Source: an uncultured Acidobacteriota bacterium (GTDB lineage Bacteria > Acidobacteriota > Thermoanaerobaculia > UBA5066). Taken from it: a stretch of DNA of 64,000 nt. Shown here in pieces: positions 20,933-28,991 of this stretch. The DNA lies in assembly GCA_963779415.1 (NCBI GenBank), contig CAVZYA010000001.1:1024001-1088000 (forward strand), read 5' to 3'. Within the stretch, counting starts at the first letter, position 1. The number at the start of each line of letters is the position of its first letter. The translations under genes and the position numbers were made by a program. The notes below the pieces were generated by a model. It was given only the letters and a program-made list of their open reading frames with translations. It was not told the origin of the DNA and ran no database searches.

Positions 20933-21717
20933 GGCGTTCCCCCTCTGGAGATCGAATCGAGAAACTCGTCGAAGGTGACGGGGCCGGTCCGTCCGCTCGC
21001 GAGGAGCCACTCGGCCGCGGCGACGGCGCCCGACGCGAAGATCGCCCGTGAGCGGGCGCGGTGGACGATCTCGAGGCTCTCCGACTCTCCTTCGAAGAAG
21101 AGGACGTGCTCGCCCGGCTGTCCCCCCTGCCGGAGCGCCACGACGGGGACGGCCGACCCCGGCCGGACCGATTCGACGGCCGCCGCGATCAGCTTCGCCG
21201 TCCCCGAGGGCGCGTCCTTCTTCGCGGAGTGATGCCGTTCGAGGATCCCCGGCTCGAAACCGGTAAACGGCCCAAAGAGCGCCGCCGCGCCGGCGGCGAG
21301 CCGCTTCATCACCGCGACGCCAATCGAAAAATTCGGAGAATGAAGAAAGGGAGTTCCGTTCCGCCTCGAGACCTCGATCACACGAGATACGTCCCAGCCG
21401 GTCGTACCGGAGACGACCGGGATCTGCTTAGAAAGAAGAGAGACGACGAGGGCTTCCGCCGAAGCCGGAGTCGTGAACTCGAAAGCTACATCCACCGCCG
21501 CCGGATTCTTTGAAGGTGAACTCCGGCGACGCCCCTTGCCTGCTGCTGCACGCCGACCTGAATCGGACGATGCCGGCGACCTGCCCGATTCACCTTCTAA
21601 GAAAATCTCCGGTGGGTCTCCCTCGTCGATCTTTCCCGCGAGGACGTGACCGCGCGCGGCGAGCGCCGCCTCGATCGCCTTTCCCATCTTCCCGTAGCCG
21701 ACGATCAGCGCCCTCAT
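20929..21717 (-). CDS. dapB: 4-hydroxy-tetrahydrodipicolinate reductase carrying an in-frame insert of about 35 aa
   Basis: GYGKMG, VSGTTG, SPNFSIG, ERHHSAKKDAPSGTA, HRARSRAIFASGA. Confidence 0.95.
   Translation of the reverse strand: MRALIVGYGKMGKAIEAALAARGHVLAGKIDEGDPPEIFLEGESGRSPASSDSGRRAAAGKGRRRSSPSKNPAAVDVAFEFTTPASAEALVVSLLSKQIPVVSGTTGWDVSRVIEVSRRNGTPFLHSPNFSIGVAVMKRLAAGAAALFGPFTGFEPGILERHHSAKKDAPSGTAKLIAAAVESVRPGSAVPVVALRQGGQPGEHVLFFEGESESLEIVHRARSRAIFASGAVAAAEWLLASGRTGPVTFDEFLDSISRGGTP
21501..21612. repeat. Imperfect palindromic element (about 112 bp) inserted in frame within dapB
   Basis: Arms CCGGATTCTTTGAAGGTGAA (21501-21520) and TTCACCTTCTAAGAAAATCTCCGG (21589-21612) are near reverse complements. 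Confidence 0.7.
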
Positions 21718-23087
21718 GCCGCGCCCCCTTCGAAGAAGTCCCGGTGAAGCCGCCGGAGCGCCTCGGGGCCGTCCTTCGCGTCGACGACGAAAGTGATGTT
21801 CGTCTCCGAGGCTCCCTGCGAGATCAGGACGACGTTGACGTCCCGAAGCGCCGCGAAGACCCGCGCCGCCACGCCCGGCGTCGTCCGGAGCCCCTTCCCG
21901 ACGACGGAGACGACCGCGAGGTTCCGGAGGATCGAAACCTCCGCGAACTCCGAGAGGCTCGCCGCGAGGAGGTCGAGGGGCGCCTTCTCGTCGACCGTGA
22001 TCGAGATCGAGACCTCGCTCGTCGCGATGACGTCGACCGGGACCCGGTGCTTCTCGAAGACGGTAAAGACGCGGGCGGCGTATCCATGGGCGAAGAGCAT
22101 CCGCGGGCTCCCGACGAAGAGGGCCGCCACCCCTTTCCGCATCGCGACGGCGCGGACACCGTGCCCCGGAGCGTCGGCCTTGACGACCGTTCCGGCCACT
22201 TGCGGACGGAAGGTGTTTCGGACGGCCACGGGGATCCCGCGCGCGACGGCCGGACGGATCGCGGCCGGATGGAGGACCTTCGCTCCGAAAAAGGAGAGCT
22301 CGGCCGCCTCGGCATAGCCCACCTCGGGGACGAGCCGCGCCGCCGGGACGATTCGCGGGTCGGCCGTCAGAATGCCGTCCACGTCGGTCCAGATCTCGAT
22401 GACAGGAACGTTCGCACCGGCGTCTGCGAGGGCCGCGCCGAGAAGCGCCGCCGAGTAGTCCGACCCGCCGCGCCCGAGCGTCGTCGTGGAGCCGTCGGGC
22501 GCCTCGCCGAGAAACCCGCCCGTCACGACGACCTTTCCGGCGGAGAGCTCGGGAAGGGCCGCCGCGCCGACACGCCGGCCCGTCTCCGCCTCGTCGGGGA
22601 CTGCGCCCCCGTACGTCGCGTCCGTGGCGACGAGGCGCCGCGGATCGACCCAGACGGCCGGGACGCCGCGGGCGCGAAGGGCCGCGGCGACGAGGCGCGA
22701 GGAGATCAGCTCGCCCATGCTCAGGATCGCATCCGAGGTCCGAAGAGAGACTTCTTCGAGAAGGGAGATCCCCAGCGAGAGCTCGCGGACACGGCCCATC
22801 TCCCGCTCGAGGGCGTCACCGCACTCCCGAGCGTCCGCCCGGGGAAGCGCGAGAAAGTCGAGCGCGGCGCGGTGGCGGGCGCCAAGGACGTCGACGGCGG
22901 ACTCGGCCGACTCCCGGTCCTTCGCCTTCGAAGCACTCTTCAGGGTCTCCAACTGATCCGTGACCCCCCCCATCGCCGAGACGACGACGAGGGGCTGCTC
23001 GCCCCGGCGGGACGCGACGAGGTCGGCGACGCGGCCGATCCGCTCGCCGTCGCCGACGGAAGTTCCCCCGAATTTCAATACGATCAT
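21714..23087 (-). CDS. lysC: Aspartate kinase (ACT domains)
   Basis: KFGGTSV, VVSAMGGVT, TTLGRGGSDYSA, IWTDVDGILTADP, FGAKVLHP. Confidence 0.97.
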   Translation of the reverse strand: MIVLKFGGTSVGDGERIGRVADLVASRRGEQPLVVVSAMGGVTDQLETLKSASKAKDRESAESAVDVLGARHRAALDFLALPRADARECGDALEREMGRVRELSLGISLLEEVSLRTSDAILSMGELISSRLVAAALRARGVPAVWVDPRRLVATDATYGGAVPDEAETGRRVGAAALPELSAGKVVVTGGFLGEAPDGSTTTLGRGGSDYSAALLGAALADAGANVPVIEIWTDVDGILTADPRIVPAARLVPEVGYAEAAELSFFGAKVLHPAAIRPAVARGIPVAVRNTFRPQVAGTVVKADAPGHGVRAVAMRKGVAALFVGSPRMLFAHGYAARVFTVFEKHRVPVDVIATSEVSISITVDEKAPLDLLAASLSEFAEVSILRNLAVVSVVGKGLRTTPGVAARVFAALRDVNVVLISQGASETNITFVVDAKDGPEALRRLHRDFFEGGAA

Positions 23088-24163
23088 GTTCGGACGGAGA
23101 GACGGCCGGTCGCCGCGAGAAGCTCGGCGTTCAGGAGCGCCGCGCCGGCCGCGCCACGGATCGTGTTGTGGACGAGGAGGGTGAAGCGGACGTCGTAGAC
23201 CGGGTCGACGCGGAGCCGTCCCACCGTCACCGTCATTCCCTTCCCGGCCTCCACGTCGCGGGCCGGCTGCGGCCGGTCACGCTCTTCCCTCACGGCGATC
23301 GGCCGCTCCGGCGCGGAGGCGAGACGGAGCCGCTGCGGCTCGCCGGAGAACGTCTCGAGCGCGTGCTTCAGGTCGGCGAGGGACGCCCTCGACTTCAGCT
23401 TCAGGAAGACCGACTCGGTGTGCCCGTCCCGGACCGGAACGCGGTTGACGGAGACGGAGACCGCAAAGTCGGCGTCGACGACGCGCGTCTTCTCGAGCCT
23501 CCCGAGGATCTTCTTCGGCTCGCGCTCGATCTTCTCCTCCTCGCCGTCGATGAAGGGGACGACGTTCCCTTCGGCGTCGAGCGAAGGGACGCCCGGGTAG
23601 CCGGCTCCCGAGAGCGCCTGCATCGTCGTGACGCAGACGGCCTCGACGCCGAAGGCCCGGTGAAGCGGCGCGAGCGCCATCGCGAGGCCGACGACCGAGC
23701 AGTTCGGGTTCGTCACGATGCCCCCTCCCGACGCGCGCCACGGCTGCTCCTCCAGAAGAGCGAGATGGTCGGCGTTCACCTCCGGGATGACGAGCGGGAC
23801 GTCGGACCGCATCCGGAACGACTTCGTGTTCGAGACGACGAGCCGTCCCTTCCCGGCCTCGAGAGGCTCGACCGAGTCGGCCACGGCGGCGTCGAGCCCC
23901 GAGAGGAGGACGGGCGACGAGAAGTCGGCGTCGACCGGCTTGACGACGAGGCCGCGCGCTTCCTCCGGAACGTCCCCCGGCAGGATCCAGCGCGTCGCCT
24001 CGAGATAGCTCTTTCCCGCCGACCGCTCCGACGCCGCGACCTCGGCCAGGACGAACTGCGGGTGCCCCTCGAGAAGCGAGACGAGCCGCTGTCCGACGGC
24101 CCCGGTCGCCCCGAGCACGCCGACGGGGATTCTCTCTCTCAGGGCTTCCTTCGATCGGGCCAT
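23084..24163 (-). CDS. asd: Aspartate-semialdehyde dehydrogenase (archaeal/fungal-type subfamily)
   Basis: GATGAVGQ, PLVIPEVN, VTNPNCS, MQALSGAGYPGV, RVPVRDGH, HNTIRGAAG. Confidence 0.96.
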   Translation of the reverse strand: MARSKEALRERIPVGVLGATGAVGQRLVSLLEGHPQFVLAEVAASERSAGKSYLEATRWILPGDVPEEARGLVVKPVDADFSSPVLLSGLDAAVADSVEPLEAGKGRLVVSNTKSFRMRSDVPLVIPEVNADHLALLEEQPWRASGGGIVTNPNCSVVGLAMALAPLHRAFGVEAVCVTTMQALSGAGYPGVPSLDAEGNVVPFIDGEEEKIEREPKKILGRLEKTRVVDADFAVSVSVNRVPVRDGHTESVFLKLKSRASLADLKHALETFSGEPQRLRLASAPERPIAVREERDRPQPARDVEAGKGMTVTVGRLRVDPVYDVRFTLLVHNTIRGAAGAALLNAELLAATGRLSVRT

Positions 24164-24179
24164 AAGTCGATCCTTTCAG

Positions 24180-24210
24180 AAAACGAAAAAGCCCGCCGTC
24201 TCCGGCGGGC
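24180..24210 (-). terminator. Intrinsic terminator (attenuator) upstream of asd
   Basis: GCCCGCCG-GAGA-CGGCGGGC followed by TTTTTCGTTTT, just before the asd RBS. Confidence 0.88.
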
Positions 24211-24247
24211 CTGGTTGAATCGGTTTCCTCTCCTGACCTTGAGCCTT

Positions 24248-24328
24248 CTAGAGGACCTCTTCCCCGGCCGCCGTCGGCGTCGTCTTTCGAATCGTCGTCC
24301 GCTTTCGGGTGGCGAGGGGCGGAATCAT
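24248..24328 (-). CDS. Putative attenuator leader peptide MIPPLATRKRTTIRKTTPTAAGEEVL
   Basis: ATG 24328 to TAG 24248; 6 Thr, 2 Ile, 2 Lys, mostly in codons 7-19; lies between the promoter and the terminator. Confidence 0.8.
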   Translation of the reverse strand: MIPPLATRKRTTIRKTTPTAAGEEVL

Positions 24329-24337
24329 TGGCGCAAA

Positions 24338-24366
24338 AGCCTAGGGACAACGTCTCCCGGTGTCAA
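24338..24366 (-). promoter_or_regulatory. Sigma70-type promoter of the asd-lys operon
   Basis: TTGACA (24366-24361), 17-nt spacer, TAGGCT (24343-24338); leader ATG follows 9 nt later. Confidence 0.8.
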
Positions 24367-24421
24367 GCCGGACGCGCCGCGGTCCATAATCCGCTCCCCG
24401 CCTTCGCGGGCCTCTCCGACG

Positions 24422-25393
24422 ATGACGCCTCTCCCCCCGGAGCGCCTTCTCGACCTCTATCGGCTCATGCTCCTGAACCGGCTGCTGGAAGAGCGCCTCG
24501 TGAACCTCTATCGGCAGGGAAAGATCGTCGGCGGGCTCTACCGCTCGCTCGGGCAGGAGGCGACGTCGGTCGGGACGGCCTTCGCGCTCGAGGAGGGGGA
24601 CCTCCTGTCGCCGCTGATCCGGAACCTCGGCTCGGTCCTGACGCGGGGCGCGGCGCCGCGGGAGATCTTCGCCCAGTACCTCGGCCGTGCGACCTCCCCT
24701 TCTCGCGGGAAGGAAGCGCACCTGAACTTCTGCCTCCCGGATCGGGGGATCTACGCCGGGACAGCGATGCTCTCCACGATGATCCCCGTGATGGCGGGGA
24801 TGCTCCTCGCCGATGGCATTCTCGGGAAGCGGACGGTCGGGATGACGTACGTCGGCGACGGAGCGACCTCGGTCGGCGCGTTCCACGAGGGGCTCAACTT
24901 CGCCGCCGTCCGGAAGCTGCCGCTCGTCCTCGTCGTGGAGTTCAACCGCTGGGCCTACTCCACCCCCTTCGAACGGCAGTCGGCCGCGCGGACGCTGGCC
25001 GACAAGGCGCTCGGATACGGCATGGCCTCCGAGGTCGTGGACGGGAACGACGTCGTCTCGGTCTTCCAGGCGGCTCGCGGGGCGGTCGCCCGCGCCCGGC
25101 GCGGCGACGGGCCGACGCTCCTCGAATGCAAGACCTACCGGATGAAAGGGCACGCCGAGCACGACGCACAGGGCTATGTCTCGAAAGAGGAGCTCTCCGC
25201 GTGGCACGAGCGCGACCCGATCGCGCGCCTCGAGCGGGATCTCGAAGCCGAAAGCCTCCTCACCGAGGCGGGACGGCAGGCTCTTCGCGAAGAGATCCTT
25301 TCGGGCCTCGACGGGGACCTCGCCTGGGCGGAGTCGTCCCCCATGCCCGATCCCGCGGAGGCGCTCCGGGGCGTCTTCGCGGAGGCGCCCTGA
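24422..25393 (+). CDS. 2-oxoacid dehydrogenase E1 alpha subunit
   Basis: GQEA, TPP motif GDGATS..N, TYRMKGHAEHD; ATG 24422. Confidence 0.93.
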   Translation: MTPLPPERLLDLYRLMLLNRLLEERLVNLYRQGKIVGGLYRSLGQEATSVGTAFALEEGDLLSPLIRNLGSVLTRGAAPREIFAQYLGRATSPSRGKEAHLNFCLPDRGIYAGTAMLSTMIPVMAGMLLADGILGKRTVGMTYVGDGATSVGAFHEGLNFAAVRKLPLVLVVEFNRWAYSTPFERQSAARTLADKALGYGMASEVVDGNDVVSVFQAARGAVARARRGDGPTLLECKTYRMKGHAEHDAQGYVSKEELSAWHERDPIARLERDLEAESLLTEAGRQALREEILSGLDGDLAWAESSPMPDPAEALRGVFAEAP

Positions 25394-26427
25394 TGGCCGA
25401 CCCGCGGGCGAAGGAAGGAGCGGCCCTGACGCTCGAGCCGCCCGACGCGCCGGGGGCCGAGACGTTCTTCGTCGAGGCGGTCCGGCAGGCGCTCTTCGAG
25501 GAGATGGAGAGGGATTCGCGCGTCGTCCTGATCGGCGAGGACATCGGGCACTACGGCGGCGCTTTCAAGGCGACCGACGGTCTCCTCTCCCGCTTCGGCG
25601 AGCGGCGCGTCCTCGACACCCCGATCAGCGAGGAGGCGGTCGTCGGTGGCGCGATCGGCGCCGCGCTTCGCGGGCTCCGACCCGTCGCCGAGATTCAGTT
25701 CATGGACTTCATCGCGCGCGCCTTCGACCTCCTCGCGAATTTCGCGGCCAAGTACCGTTACCGGACCGGCCTCGGCGTTCCGATGGTCGTCCGCGGGCCG
25801 TGCGGCGCCGGCGTCCACGGCGGGCCGTTCCACTCGCAGACGCCCGAGGCGTGGTTCACTCACGTTCCGGGGCTGAAGGTCGTCTTCCCGGCCACCGCCC
25901 GGGACGCGAAAGGGCTCCTCAAGTCCGCGATCCGGGACGAGGACCCCGTTCTCTTCTTCGAGCACAAGTTCCTCTACCGCCGAGTCCGCGACCGGATTCC
26001 CGCGGGAGACGGCGCCGTCCCGATCGGAAAGGCCGCCCTCCGCCGGCCGGGGCGGGACCTGACGATCTTGACGTACGGCGCGATGCTCTGGACGGCGCTC
26101 GAAACGGCCGAGGAGCTTTCGAGGGAGGGGATCGAAGCCGGCGTGCTCGACCTCCGGACGCTCCGGCCGCTCGACGAAGAAGCGATCCTCGCCTCGGTCT
26201 CCCGGACGTCGCGGTGCCTCATCTTTCACGAGGACACCCGGACGGCGGGGGTGGGGGCCGAGGTAGCGGCGCTCGTCTCGGAGAAGGCGTTCGAGAGGCT
26301 CGACGCTCCGATCGTCCGGGTCACGGCTCCCGACACGCCCGTCCCCTTTTCCCCGCCTCTCGAGGAGGCGTTTCTCCCGAACACCCGTACACTCATTGCC
26401 GCGGCCCGGAAGCTGGCCGCCTACTAG
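25393..26427 (+). CDS. 2-oxoacid dehydrogenase E1 beta subunit
   Basis: IGEDIG, DTPISE, AEIQFMDF, GPFHSQ, FFEHK, DLRTLRPLD; TGATG overlap. Confidence 0.95.
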   Translation: MADPRAKEGAALTLEPPDAPGAETFFVEAVRQALFEEMERDSRVVLIGEDIGHYGGAFKATDGLLSRFGERRVLDTPISEEAVVGGAIGAALRGLRPVAEIQFMDFIARAFDLLANFAAKYRYRTGLGVPMVVRGPCGAGVHGGPFHSQTPEAWFTHVPGLKVVFPATARDAKGLLKSAIRDEDPVLFFEHKFLYRRVRDRIPAGDGAVPIGKAALRRPGRDLTILTYGAMLWTALETAEELSREGIEAGVLDLRTLRPLDEEAILASVSRTSRCLIFHEDTRTAGVGAEVAALVSEKAFERLDAPIVRVTAPDTPVPFSPPLEEAFLPNTRTLIAAARKLAAY

Positions 26428-26436
26428 AGAGGTCCC

Positions 26437-27891
26437 ATGCCGACGAACGTCATCATGCCGCAGATGGGCGAGTCGATCGCCGAGGGAACGCTGACGAAGT
26501 GGCTCAAGAAGCCGGGCGAGAGCGTCAAGCGCGACGAGCCGCTATTCGAGATCTCCACCGACAAGGTGGACGCCGAGATTCCGGCCCCGGCCTCGGGAGT
26601 CCTCGTTCAGGTCCTCGTCGAAGAGGGAAAGACGGTCCCGATCAACACCGTCGTCGCCATTCTCGGAGAAGCCGGCGAATCCGCCGGGGCGGGAGTACCG
26701 CCTTCGGCGGCCGATTCTTCGAATGCACCGGAGGAGGCGGCCCCTGCTCGCCGCTTCGAGGCGCCCGTGCCGCCACCTGCCGCCCCGGCGCCGAGCGCTC
26801 TTCCCGCCTCGGCTCCGCCGCAGCCTGGCGAAACGACGGAGGAAATCCTCCGTCGCCGCTCCTCCCCGGTCGTCCGCGCCATCGCGGAAGAGCACGGCGT
26901 CGACATTTCGGGAATCGCCGGCACGGGAATCTCCGGCCGCGTGACCAAGGCCGACATTCTCGCGGTCGTCGAGAGCGGCGGGCCGAAGGCCGCACCGACA
27001 CCGGTCCCGGCCACGGCTCCTGCCCCGGCTCCGGCGCCGGTGGTGGCGCGTCCGGCGCCCCCGGCTCCCGCAGCTCCCGCGCCGGCACCGCCCCCTGCCG
27101 CCATGACCGTTGCCGCTCCGGCTCCGACCGTACCGGCGCCTCCGGCCCACGCGCCGATCGTCACCTTCTCCGGATCGGCCGTCGTCGTCGAGCCGATGTC
27201 GGCGATGCGGAGGAAGATCGCCGAGCGGATGGTGGAGTCGAAGCACACCTCCGCGCACGTCACCTCCGTCTTCGAGGTCGACTTCACGAACATCGCGCGG
27301 CTCCGCGACCGGGTGAAGGAGCGCTTCGAGGGGCAGTACGGGACGAAGCTGACCTACATGCCGTTCGTCTTCCGGGCGGCGATCACGGCCCTCAAGGCGC
27401 GGCCGCTCCTGAACGCCTCGATCTCGGGCGACGAGATCGTCTTCCACAAGGAGATCAACCTCGGGATGGCCGTCGCGCTCGATTGGGGGCTCATCGTCCC
27501 GGTCATCCGGCGCGCCGACGACCTCTCGCTCGTCGGCCTCGCCCGCGCGGCGAACGACCTCGCGGGGAGGGCCCGGACGAAGAAGCTCCTTCCCGACGAG
27601 GTGGCGGGTGGGACGTTCACCATCACGAACCACGGCGGGTTCGGCTCTCTCTTCGCCTCCCCCGTCATCAACCAGCCGCAGGTGGCCATCCTCGGCGTCG
27701 GCGCCATCGAGAAGCGGGCGAAGGTCGTCACGATGGCGGACGGCTCCGACACGATCGCGGTCCGGACGATGGCCTTCATGGGGGTCACGTTCGACCACCG
27801 CCTCGTCGACGGGGCCGAAGGCGACACGTTCATGAGCATCGTGAAGAACACTCTCGAGAACGAGCGGTGGACGGAGCTGGAGTCGCTCTGA
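26437..27891 (+). CDS. Dihydrolipoamide acyltransferase (E2)
   Basis: Lipoyl motif STDKV, E3-binding GTGISGRVTKAD, Ala/Pro linkers, FDHRLVDGA. Confidence 0.95.
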   Translation: MPTNVIMPQMGESIAEGTLTKWLKKPGESVKRDEPLFEISTDKVDAEIPAPASGVLVQVLVEEGKTVPINTVVAILGEAGESAGAGVPPSAADSSNAPEEAAPARRFEAPVPPPAAPAPSALPASAPPQPGETTEEILRRRSSPVVRAIAEEHGVDISGIAGTGISGRVTKADILAVVESGGPKAAPTPVPATAPAPAPAPVVARPAPPAPAAPAPAPPPAAMTVAAPAPTVPAPPAHAPIVTFSGSAVVVEPMSAMRRKIAERMVESKHTSAHVTSVFEVDFTNIARLRDRVKERFEGQYGTKLTYMPFVFRAAITALKARPLLNASISGDEIVFHKEINLGMAVALDWGLIVPVIRRADDLSLVGLARAANDLAGRARTKKLLPDEVAGGTFTITNHGGFGSLFASPVINQPQVAILGVGAIEKRAKVVTMADGSDTIAVRTMAFMGVTFDHRLVDGAEGDTFMSIVKNTLENERWTELESL

Positions 27892-28583
27892 CGCGGCCGA
27901 TCGAGGTCGTCTCTCTTCTCTCCGAGGGCCGCGTCGCGTACGACGCGGCCCTTCGGCTTCAGCGCGAGGCCGAGGCGCGGGTCCTCGCCGGCGGTCAGGA
28001 AAGCCTCTTTCTCCTCTCGCACGAGGACGTCATCACGATCGGCCGGAACGCGGGCCGGAAAGACCTTCTCGTCTCCGAGGGCTTTCTCGCGGAGAGGGGG
28101 ATCGCCCTGTGCGAGTCGGACCGGGGCGGGAAGCTGACGTTTCACGGCCCCGGCCAGCTCGTGGCCTACCCTGTCATGAACCTCGTCCCGGACCGGACCG
28201 ACGTCCGGCGGTACGTTCACGACCTCGAGGAGACCCTGATCCGGACCGCGGCCGACTTCGGTGTCACCGCCGGGCGCAGTGCCCTTCCCGGACGCTGGTC
28301 CTCCGTCTGGGTCGGGAACGACAAGCTCGCCGCGATCGGTGTCCATCTCTCCCGGTGGGTCACGACGCACGGCGCCGCCCTGAACGTCTCGACCGACCTC
28401 TCGCGCTTCGGGCTGATCGTCCCCTGCGGCATCCCGGACGGAGGCGTCACGTCCCTCGAGCGTCTCCTCGCGCCGAAGCCGGCGCCGTCGCTCTCCGAGG
28501 TCGCCACGCGTTTCGTGGCCCGCTTCGCCGAGGTCTTCGACCGGACGCCGGTGGAACCCGGAGGGCCGGTGTCCGCCTCCTAG
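27888..28583 (+). CDS. lipB: Octanoyltransferase
   Basis: HEDVITIG, DRGGKLTFHGPGQLVAYP, KLAAIG, THGAALNV, IVPCGI; probable CTG start in a CTGA overlap. Confidence 0.95.
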   Translation: MTRPIEVVSLLSEGRVAYDAALRLQREAEARVLAGGQESLFLLSHEDVITIGRNAGRKDLLVSEGFLAERGIALCESDRGGKLTFHGPGQLVAYPVMNLVPDRTDVRRYVHDLEETLIRTAADFGVTAGRSALPGRWSSVWVGNDKLAAIGVHLSRWVTTHGAALNVSTDLSRFGLIVPCGIPDGGVTSLERLLAPKPAPSLSEVATRFVARFAEVFDRTPVEPGGPVSAS

Positions 28584-28924
28584 GCTTTGTCCGGGGCCGC
28601 CGCCCCCCTCGAGAAGGCCGCCTCGAACTCCTTGTAGGCCGCCCGGATCTCGGGACGCGCGGGCTTCTCCGCGACGAGGTAGTGGAGGAACGTGCTCTTC
28701 CTCGGGGTCACTTTCGACTTCACCTTCGTATCCATCAGGGCGTCTAGCAGCGCCTCACCCACACCCCTCACGGTTCGGGGATCCGCCGCTCCCCCGGAGC
28801 GGAGCGCTTCCAGAACTTCGTGGGCTTTCTTCGCTCCGTCTCCCCCGAATGGCTTCAGGATCCGCGCGGCTTCCTCCGCCGCCTTGAGCCGCCGCACCGT
28901 GCCGCGGTCATCGGTCTCTCCCAT
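28580..28924 (-). CDS. Hypothetical small helical protein
   Basis: 114-aa ORF with host-like codon usage filling the lipB-lipA gap. Confidence 0.6.
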   Translation of the reverse strand: MGETDDRGTVRRLKAAEEAARILKPFGGDGAKKAHEVLEALRSGGAADPRTVRGVGEALLDALMDTKVKSKVTPRKSTFLHYLVAEKPARPEIRAAYKEFEAAFSRGAAAPDKA

Positions 28925-28991
28925 ACGGTGTCCAAGTATGGCTCCCGTCGGCCCCGGACACCAGCGCCGGCCGCGCGGCTAGACTCCCCCC

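Noticed and set aside
24164-24340. Lysine riboswitch or T-box upstream of asd
   Set aside because: No recognisable L-box or T-box consensus by eye, and the leader is explained by the uORF plus terminator; an Rfam scan would settle it.
26990-27150. GC repeats in the E2 linker, and 7640-7720 in rplY, as CRISPR or tandem repeats
   Set aside because: They encode Ala/Pro linkers and KAEKP tails, with no constant repeat-spacer structure.
25176-28583. Very long ORFs such as the 1135-aa (+) ORF and 40909-44229 (-) as giant fusion proteins
   Set aside because: They are Arg/Pro/Gly-rich shadow frames typical of high-GC DNA; only the lipB or gatA portions carry real motifs.
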